Of a stretch of 25,425 bases of DNA, positions 1-6,345 are shown piece by piece. How positions within the stretch are numbered: position 1 is the first letter of the stretch; each line of letters starts with the position of its first letter. The translations under genes were made by a program, and so were the position numbers. Where the stretch lies: NCBI GenBank assembly GCA_963792415.1, contig CAWBVY010000011.1, forward strand, positions 1 through 25,425. The letters run 5' to 3'. Below the pieces are notes generated by a model. It did no database searches and had not been told where the DNA came from. It saw only the letters and a list, made by a program, of their open reading frames with translations. Source of the stretch: Candidatus Deferrimicrobiaceae bacterium (GTDB lineage Bacteria; Desulfobacterota; Deferrimicrobia; Deferrimicrobiales; Deferrimicrobiaceae).

Positions 1-811
1 GGGATGCTCCTGAATCCCGGCGATGACACCTTCCATTGCGTCGTGTCCGGCGACACGAGCGTGATGGTGGCGACGTACACCGACGGCACGGGCGGCCCCG
101 CGATGATGATCGGCCAGAAACGGGGAGGGGTGTTCCATACGGATGGGTCGGACATGACCGGAACGTGGCGGTTCCAGCGCCTCACGGCCGGGAACGACAA
201 CGTCAGTTCGGGGTGGGCCTACGGCAACATGGCAATTGCATCCGGTAGCGCAACCATTCCCTCGATGACCACGAATGCCGGCCCGGGCGGGGCCGGGAAT
301 TTCGCTCTTTCCATGGATGCGGACGGGATCATGACCGAGGCGGTGGACGCCTCGTTCCACGGCGTCATGTCGATGGACCGGACCATGATCGTGGCCACGG
401 ATACCAGCGGGGGCCATCCCGAATTATGGGTCATGATGAAAGAGACGACAGGCACCACGGCGGACATGATGGGGGACTGGGTGATGCATACGGTCTCCTC
501 CGGCAATTCGGGTTCCCGGGATTGGACCTTCGGACACTCGATTGTGGACGCCAACGGGAACAACACCTTCTCCCAGATGATGGGGAGCGCTGGCCCGGTC
601 TCCACGACGCAGATGACGTTCCAGATGAACGGCGGCGTGATGACCATGGGGCGGCGGCGGAACGGGTGGTGGAATGATGGGCGGTGGAATGATGGGCGGG
701 GGAGTGGTGACATCCACGTTCCACGGGATCATGAACGGGGCAAAAAATCTGATGGTGTCGACATACACCGACGGCACCGGCGGGTATCCGTTCTCGATCC
801 AGGTGAAATGA
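1..811 (+). CDS. Met/Gly/Thr-rich protein with ~105-aa internal beta-rich repeats, 5'-truncated by the window edge; one +1 frameshift at the G-run 648-651
   Basis: The frame is open from base 1. Three repeat C-termini are recognisable: TFHCVVSGDTSVMVATYTDGTGG, SFHGVMSMDRTMIVATDTSGG and, after removing one G at 648-651, TFHGIMNGAKNLMVSTYTDGTGGYPFSIQVK-stop (TGA 809-811). Repeat N-termini are DMTGTWRF and DMMGDWVM. The ORF-track tail (RRRNGWW...) is the wrong frame. Confidence 0.8.
668..697 (+). repeat. 15-bp tandem repeat (GGTGGAATGATGGGC)x2 encoding GGMMG-GGMMG
   Basis: Read directly at 668-682 and 683-697. Confidence 0.9.
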
Positions 812-844
812 TCCCGTCGTTACAGGGAAACGATCGGTAATATG

Positions 845-882
845 AACCCGGGAGGCGGAAACGATTCCGCCTCCCGGGTTTT
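845..882. terminator. Intrinsic terminator, likely serving both convergent genes
   Basis: Perfect 16-bp inverted repeat AACCCGGGAGGCGGAA (845-860), loop ACGA, TTCCGCCTCCCGGGTT (865-880), then TT. It lies between the stops at 811 (+) and 901 (-). Confidence 0.85.
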
Positions 883-900
883 CCGAAGGAACCCGATGGA

Positions 901-1347
901 TCAGTCCCGGAACTTCGCGTGGCAGGAGACGCACACTTCGAGGACCTTGCCGTAGGACAGTGACGTCTTCCGGAGGTTGCCGGTCCCGGCATCCGCCGCC
1001 AGTGTCCCGGCTCTCCCCTTCAGTTCCTTGAAGAACGCCTGGAATTCCTTGGTCCTGGAAACGTTCTTGTGCGGGACGTCCTTCTCGTGGCCCTTGAGGG
1101 CTTCCGTCAGCCGGCTCGCATATTTTCCCGCGCCGGGTTTGTCCGCAAAGATCAAGGCTTTGCTCAGGGCGACCATCGCCTCCTCGAAATTCCTCATCCG
1201 CTCGTGCTGCGCTTTCATCGCTCCCTCGTCCTGCATCGTCATCGCGGTTTCGTGGTGGCCGGAAGGGCCATGGGCAGCGGCGGGAAACCCGATGGCGAGG
1301 GAGGCGACGACAAGAAACACGCTCGGATATGCGAGGGAATATTTCAC
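901..1347 (-). CDS. Periplasmic class II (cytochrome c'/c556-like) monoheme cytochrome c
   Basis: Sec-type signal peptide (MKYSLAYPSVFLVVASLAIGFPAAA), helical Ala/Lys/Leu-rich body and a single C-terminal CxxCH (CVSCHAKFRD), the class II layout. GTG start with a GGGGG SD-like element upstream. Confidence 0.85.
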   Translation of the reverse strand: MKYSLAYPSVFLVVASLAIGFPAAAHGPSGHHETAMTMQDEGAMKAQHERMRNFEEAMVALSKALIFADKPGAGKYASRLTEALKGHEKDVPHKNVSRTKEFQAFFKELKGRAGTLAADAGTGNLRKTSLSYGKVLEVCVSCHAKFRD

Positions 1348-1566
1348 AGGAAAACCCCCGTTCGGTTTGGTCCCCTGATTATACCGCGCCTCTGGAACAC
1401 GATCGCAGAATAGGAATGCCGAGTCCGCCTCACTGCGGCATGGGCGGACGGTTCCCGGGGAATAGTCCCTACCCGTTGCACACTATTCTCCGCCGATCTC
1501 GGGGCCCGGGATTTCGGCTTTCCTTCGAACTCCATGAAAATCGGCAGGTTGTATCTGCGTAACGGC

Positions 1567-1583
1567 TTGGCACCCCCCATGCA
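1567..1583 (+). promoter_or_regulatory. sigma54 (RpoN) -24/-12 promoter
   Basis: TTGGCACCCCCCATGCA: GG(1569-1570)-N10-GC(1581-1582), close to consensus YTGGCACGNNNNTTGCW, in intergenic DNA ~65 bp before ATG 1647. Confidence 0.7.
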
Positions 1584-1646
1584 CTTCATGGAGCAAACGC
1601 GGTCGATGGTGAGGAACCGGACCGACGAAAGAAGGAGGACAAAACG

Positions 1647-1775
1647 ATGAAAAGCTGCAAGGCAGTCGTGGTGGCGGTTGTAATGGCGGCCGGTTTGACG
1701 ACCTGTGGCAAGGATGTACTCGATGTGCCGTGGCCCGACTTGGATAAGGAACGGAAAAATCCGCAAGGGAGGTGA
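1647..1775 (+). CDS. Small 42-aa exported or lipoprotein-like peptide (absent from the ORF track)
   Basis: SD AAGGAGG at 1632-1638, ATG 1647. Translates [42 protein letters not shown]-stop (TGA 1773-1775): basic N-terminus, hydrophobic stretch, lipobox-like LTTC. Its end overlaps the SD of the PII gene. Confidence 0.55.
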   Translation: MKSCKAVVVAVVMAAGLTTCGKDVLDVPWPDLDKERKNPQGR

Positions 1776-1782
1776 CGGACCG

Positions 1783-2109
1783 ATGGAACTGAGAAAAGTC
1801 ACCGCGGTCATCCGCAGCAGGATGCTGAAACAGGTCGAGGAGCGGCTGCAGGAAATGAACGTGAAGGGTTTGAGCGTCAGCAACGTGAAGGGGTTCGGCG
1901 AGTACGAAAACTTTTTCACGCACGACTGGAGGATCACGCACAGCCGGATCGAGATATTCACGGAAAAATCCAAAGCGGAGGAGATAGTCCGCGCGATCCT
2001 GGAGACGGCCAACACCGGCAAGGCCGGCGACGGGTTCATCGCCGTCCTGCCGGTGGAGGAGTTGTTCCGCATCCGCAGCAGGGCCGAGGCGAGGGTCGAC
2101 GAGATGTAA
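1783..2109 (+). CDS. PII-family signal transduction protein, non-canonical (metal-efflux-associated type)
   Basis: MELRKVTAVIR...VKGFG...TGKAGDGFIAV...FRIRS matches PII fold motifs. SD GGGAGG just upstream places the start at ATG 1783, not 1705. 108 aa; T-loop shortened with no Tyr51 equivalent. Confidence 0.9.
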   Translation: MELRKVTAVIRSRMLKQVEERLQEMNVKGLSVSNVKGFGEYENFFTHDWRITHSRIEIFTEKSKAEEIVRAILETANTGKAGDGFIAVLPVEELFRIRSRAEARVDEM

Positions 2110-2114
2110 AGGGA

Positions 2115-2140
2115 ATATTGTTCAGTGGACTGAAGAATAT
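2115..2140. promoter_or_regulatory. Palindrome, candidate enhancer-binding-protein site (UAS)
   Basis: ATATTGTTCAGT-GG-ACTGAAGAATAT, 11/12 arm match, about 90-120 bp upstream of the second sigma54 -24 box, followed by an AT-rich tract. Confidence 0.4.
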
Positions 2141-2229
2141 CCTTCGGTGGCGTGCTTCGATAAAGAGGATTTCTGTTCGTTTATTGTAAAACCGCATGAT
2201 TTTCAAGTCATTTCTTTATTTGTTCCTGT

Positions 2230-2246
2230 CTGGCACGCCCCGTGCT
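2230..2246 (+). promoter_or_regulatory. sigma54 (RpoN) -24/-12 promoter for the DUF2318-ABC-cusCBA operon
   Basis: CTGGCACGCCCCGTGCT: TGGCACG then GG(2232-2233)-N10-GC(2244-2245); ~40 bp before ATG 2285. Confidence 0.72.
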
Positions 2247-2284
2247 TACTACAGGGAAAATACCCTTACGGAGGTTTTCGAGAC

Positions 2285-2794
2285 ATGGCGTTGAATCGCG
2301 GCAAGGGGATGATCATCGGAGTGGTGGTTGCCGGAATTCTTGCGGTCGTCGTCGTGGCGGTTTCCGCCGGCGTGCTGGACGGTATCTTCAGGAAATCCCC
2401 CGCGGAAAGTGCGAAAGCGGCGGGAGTGGCGGAGACGGCGGACGCCGTGAAGATCCCGTTGAAGGCCCTCGATTCCGGGAAAGCTCTCTTCCTCTCGCTG
2501 GAGTCGGAAGGGCGGCAGCTGCATTACTTTGCGCTGAAAAGCCGGGACGGGGAGTACCGGGCGGCGCTCGACGCCTGCGACGTCTGCTTCGAGTCGAATC
2601 GCGGGTACCGGCAGGAAGGCGATCTCATGGTCTGCAACAACTGCGGCCAGACCTTTCCCTCCAACCGGATCGGTGAGATCAAGGGCGGGTGCAACCCCCA
2701 TCCTCTCGCGCGGAGGATCGAGGGGCCGTATCTCGTGATCGGGAAGGCCGACATCGTCGCGCGCAAGGACTATTTCGCCCGGAAGCGGTCATGA
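2285..2794 (+). CDS. DUF2318-family membrane-anchored Cys-rich (putative Fe-S/metal-binding) protein
   Basis: SD GGAGG 2270-2274, ATG 2285. N-terminal TM helix, then DACDVC...GYRQEGDLMVCNNCG...GGCNPHPL, the CxxC-CxxC-GGCNP signature of DUF2318. Confidence 0.85.
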   Translation: MALNRGKGMIIGVVVAGILAVVVVAVSAGVLDGIFRKSPAESAKAAGVAETADAVKIPLKALDSGKALFLSLESEGRQLHYFALKSRDGEYRAALDACDVCFESNRGYRQEGDLMVCNNCGQTFPSNRIGEIKGGCNPHPLARRIEGPYLVIGKADIVARKDYFARKRS

Positions 2795-3942
2795 ACATCA
2801 GGAAGCTTGCATGGAAGAACCTGCTTCGGCGCAAGTCGCGGGCCGTCTTCACGGGCCTCGGGATCTTCCTCGGGATCGCGACGTTCGTCGCGATCTCGTC
2901 GATCACCTCGCAGATGGAAGGGGCGGTCCAGGACCAGCTGGACCGGTTCGGCGCGAACATCGTCGTCTCCCCCCGGGCCGAGCAGTTATCGCTGGGATTC
3001 GGGAACATCGCCCTCGGAGGCACGGAGGTGGCGCACTCCCGGCTCACGATGGCGGACAGGGACCGGATCGCGTCGATCCATCACAAGGACCGGATCCGCT
3101 CGATCGTCCCCTTCCTGATGACCGCCGTCGACGTCTCCGGAAAAAACCTCGTCTGGATGGGACTTCCCGCGACGGACGTGGCGGGAGCCCGCCCGTGGTG
3201 GAGGATCCAGGGGGGGGGCGGGCTGAAACCCGGAGAGGTCCTGCTGGGGGCCGAAGCCGCGGCGCTGCTCGACAAGGGGCCGGGGGGAACCGTGACGGCC
3301 GGGGACCGCCACTTCCGCATCGCCGGAGTGCTTCAGCCGACGGGGGAGAAGGAGGACGGGATGGTCGTCGCCGACATCGCGGACGTGCAGGCGCTGGCGA
3401 AGCAGCCGGGGGGCGTGACGTATTTCGAGGTGGCGGCGCTCTGCAAGGATTGCCCCGTGGAGGATATCGTGGCCCAGATCGGGCAGGCGTTGCCCGGCGG
3501 GCGGGTGTCGGCGATCCGCCAGGTGGTGGAGAGCCGGAAGGCCGCGGTGGACCAGCTTCGCCGCCTCGGTCTCGGCGTCTCGGCGATCGTACTGCTGATC
3601 GGGGGGCTCATGGTGCTGGTGACCGTGATGGCCGGGGTGCAGGAACGTACCCGCGAGATCGGGGTCCTGCGGGCGGTCGGGTTCCGGAAACGCTCGATCT
3701 TCTCCCTCCTGTTCTGGGAGACCGGCTGGGTGTCGCTCCTCTCTTCGCTCCTCGGGGCGGGGACCGGAATCGCCGTCGCGTACCTCGTGTCGCCGGCCTT
3801 CGGGATCGAGCATCCTTCGGTCGCCTTCTCCCCGGCGATCTTCGGCGCCGTCGCCGGGCTTTCTCTCGGGCTGATCGGGGCCATCCCGCCGGCGCGCCGC
3901 GCCGCCGCGCTGTCTCCCACCGAAGCGATCCGCAGTCTTTAA
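2791..3942 (+). CDS. ABC transporter permease, MacB/FtsX family, with CxxC in the extracytoplasmic domain
   Basis: ATGA overlap with the upstream stop. MNIRKLAWKNLLRRKSR N-terminus, one TM plus large soluble domain plus three TMs, VQERTREIGVLRAVG and PARRAAALSPTEAIR family motifs; ALCKDCP in the soluble domain. Confidence 0.92.
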   Translation: MNIRKLAWKNLLRRKSRAVFTGLGIFLGIATFVAISSITSQMEGAVQDQLDRFGANIVVSPRAEQLSLGFGNIALGGTEVAHSRLTMADRDRIASIHHKDRIRSIVPFLMTAVDVSGKNLVWMGLPATDVAGARPWWRIQGGGGLKPGEVLLGAEAAALLDKGPGGTVTAGDRHFRIAGVLQPTGEKEDGMVVADIADVQALAKQPGGVTYFEVAALCKDCPVEDIVAQIGQALPGGRVSAIRQVVESRKAAVDQLRRLGLGVSAIVLLIGGLMVLVTVMAGVQERTREIGVLRAVGFRKRSIFSLLFWETGWVSLLSSLLGAGTGIAVAYLVSPAFGIEHPSVAFSPAIFGAVAGLSLGLIGAIPPARRAAALSPTEAIRSL

Positions 3943-3966
3943 AAAAAAACAGGAGTAGGGGAAACG

Positions 3967-4680
3967 ATGGAACCGATCATCCACCTGAAGGACGTTTCGA
4001 TGCTCTACGGGGGCAACGGTACCCGGGCGACGGCGCTGGCCGGGGTCTCCTTCGATATACGGCAGGGGGAGTACGTCGTCATCACGGGGGAGTCGGGGGC
4101 GGGGAAGAGCACGCTGCTGGCGATCCTCGGGGGGTTGCAGGTCCCCACGGGCGGCGCGGTGCGGATCGGAGGCGCCGACCTCTCCGCGCTCCCGGCGGAC
4201 GGCCTGGCCGACTTCCGGCGGGGGACGATCGGCTTCGTCTTCCAGGCGTACCACCTCCTCCCGTACCTGACGGCCCGGGAGAACGTGATGGTGCCGATGG
4301 CGCCGGAGCGGGTTCCGCCCCGGGAGAAGATGGAACGGGCCGACTCCCTTCTCGCCGCGGTGGGACTGGCCGGCAAGGAGGACCGCCTTCCTTCGCAGCT
4401 GTCCGGCGGGGAGAGCCAGCGGGTGGCGATCGCGCGGGCGCTGGTCCACGATCCCCCCGTGCTGCTTGCGGACGAGCCGACGGGGAACCTCGACAGCGCG
4501 ACGGGAGAACAGATCCTCGACCTGTTCTCTTCGTTGCATGCCCGCGGGAAGACGGTCCTGATGGTGACGCACAACCCGGCGAATCTCTCCTGCGCCACGC
4601 GGTCCCTCCGCCTGCGCGACGGGATTGTCGAGGAGGATCGCTCGTTGCGGTCCGATCCCGTGGAGTCGGTGGCGGTCTGA
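3967..4680 (+). CDS. ABC transporter ATP-binding protein, LolD/MacB-like
   Basis: Walker A GESGAGKS, Q-loop GFVFQ, signature LSGGESQRVAIARAL, Walker B LLADEPTGNLD, H-loop VTHN. Confidence 0.96.
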   Translation: MEPIIHLKDVSMLYGGNGTRATALAGVSFDIRQGEYVVITGESGAGKSTLLAILGGLQVPTGGAVRIGGADLSALPADGLADFRRGTIGFVFQAYHLLPYLTARENVMVPMAPERVPPREKMERADSLLAAVGLAGKEDRLPSQLSGGESQRVAIARALVHDPPVLLADEPTGNLDSATGEQILDLFSSLHARGKTVLMVTHNPANLSCATRSLRLRDGIVEEDRSLRSDPVESVAV

Positions 4681-4713
4681 ACCCAGGTCTTCAACGAAAG
4701 AAAGGAAGGGACG

Positions 4714-4971
4714 ATGGAAGAGCAGATGGGGACGAAGGGGACGACGGAAACGAACAAAGCGGGGGATCCTCGTGCAACGGAGGGCCGGCGCGGCCCGACC
4801 TGGCGGGGGTGGGTCCTTTCCATCCTCGTGGCGGTAATTCTATCGGTGACGGCGACGCTGCTTCTCGGCGGATATGAAGCGATCCGGTCGGATTTCGCGG
4901 CAGTGGCAACGGGAGGGGGCGGATCCGGTGCCGGAAGGAGCTGCTGCCCGCCTGCGGTTGCGGGAAGGTGA
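4714..4971 (+). CDS. Small single-TM protein with Gly linker and C-terminal Cys-Cys
   Basis: Purine-rich SD (GAAAGGAAGGG), TM segment WVLSILVAVILSVTATLLLGGY, tail GGGGSGAGRSCCPP; fills the gap between the ATPase and cusC. Confidence 0.65.
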   Translation: MEEQMGTKGTTETNKAGDPRATEGRRGPTWRGWVLSILVAVILSVTATLLLGGYEAIRSDFAAVATGGGGSGAGRSCCPPAVAGR

Positions 4972-5018
4972 CCGGGAACCGATTCCGTCAAGAGATGCCT
5001 GCCTGGAGGGGGAAGAGG

Positions 5019-6329
5019 ATGGTGAAGGATCGAACGAACGGGAGGCGGGCGGCGACGACCCTTCTTTCTCTCCTTGTCGCCCTCGTCCTTGTCGGGCATC
5101 CCTTCGTCACCATGGCGGGGGAGCCCGCGAAGGGGACGGACGTCCTCGGGGACCTCGTCCGGGAGTCCCTGGAGCGGAACCCGGAGCTCGCCTCCTTCCG
5201 GTCGACGGCGGAAGGTCTCGACCAGCGGGTTCTTCCCGCCGGCGCCCTGCCCGACCCGATGCTCTCCCTCTCCCTCTCGAACGTCCCGGTGGACGATTTC
5301 TCCCTCAATAAGGCGGACATGACCTCGAAGGACATCGGATTCCTCCAGGCGATCCCGTACCCCGGGAAGCGCTCCCTGAAGCAGGAGATCGCCCGGCTGT
5401 CGGCAGTCCAGGGATCGGACCGGGTGGAGAGCATGCGCAACCTGATCCGGTTCAAGGTGAAGCGGGACTTCTTCCTCCTGATGGAGAACCGGGAGGTGAC
5501 CCGTCTCACGGAGAAGAACAAGGCGCTCCTCGGGGAGTTCCTGGCCGTAGCGAACTCCCGGTACTCGGTCGGGAAGGCGCCCCAGCAGGACCTCTTCAAG
5601 GCCCAGGTCGAGATCTCCCGCCTCGAGAAGATGCTGATCGCCCTCCGGAAAAGGAACGTGGAACTGGTGGCGGATCTGAACACCCTGCGGAACCGCCCGG
5701 TCACGGATCCGGTGGAGCTGCCCGTTTCCTTCGACGTGCCGGAAATCCCGTACGACGAAGGGCAGCTTCTGGAGATGGCGAAGGATTCGAATCCCGATCT
5801 AAAGAGGGAAGGGGACGCCGCCCGCCAGAAGGAGGCGGCGCTCGCGCTCGCGAGGAAGCAGATCCTGCCCGACTTCCTGGTCGGCGGCGCCTACAAGGTG
5901 CGGGAGAACACCCCGATGGGCGGGGACCGGCCGGATTTCTTCAGCGCGACCGTAGGGATCACGCTTCCGCTCTGGCATGGGCGCAAGCAGGACAGGGAAG
6001 TGGAGGCGTCCGTAAGGGAGCTCTCTTCCGCGAAGAGCGGGTACGAGAGCGCCTCGAACGCGATCCGGAACCGTCTCAAGGAGATCGCGACGGACATCGC
6101 AGCGCAGCGCGAAACCCTTTCCCTGTTCGATACGGGCCTTCTCCCGCAGGCGAGGGAGTCGGTGAACTCCTCCCGCGCCGCCTACGAGGTCGGCCAGGTC
6201 GAATTCGCCTCCGTCCTGCTCGGGCAGATCGCGCTCTACCAGCAGGAGATCGACCGGGAAAAGACCGTCGAAACGCTTGGGGTCCGGACCTCGGAGCTGG
6301 AACTCGTGCTGGGGAAGGAACTCTTCTGA
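5019..6329 (+). CDS. cusC: TolC-family outer membrane efflux protein (CusC/CzcC-like)
   Basis: Signal peptide, ERNPEL...LPDPMLSL...QAIPYPGKRSLK and two OEP-like helical repeats; directly upstream of the MFP and CusA genes. Start chosen at ATG 5019 (GGAGGGGGAAGAGG upstream); GTG 4968 is an alternative. Confidence 0.88.
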   Translation: MVKDRTNGRRAATTLLSLLVALVLVGHPFVTMAGEPAKGTDVLGDLVRESLERNPELASFRSTAEGLDQRVLPAGALPDPMLSLSLSNVPVDDFSLNKADMTSKDIGFLQAIPYPGKRSLKQEIARLSAVQGSDRVESMRNLIRFKVKRDFFLLMENREVTRLTEKNKALLGEFLAVANSRYSVGKAPQQDLFKAQVEISRLEKMLIALRKRNVELVADLNTLRNRPVTDPVELPVSFDVPEIPYDEGQLLEMAKDSNPDLKREGDAARQKEAALALARKQILPDFLVGGAYKVRENTPMGGDRPDFFSATVGITLPLWHGRKQDREVEASVRELSSAKSGYESASNAIRNRLKEIATDIAAQRETLSLFDTGLLPQARESVNSSRAAYEVGQVEFASVLLGQIALYQQEIDREKTVETLGVRTSELELVLGKELF

Positions 6330-6345
6330 TGGAAAGGACACGGGA

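Noticed and set aside
3941-3949. A9 run between permease and ATPase as a regulatory element
   Set aside because: It includes the stop codon and precedes the SD; homopolymer length is unreliable in this assembly and no hairpin accompanies it.
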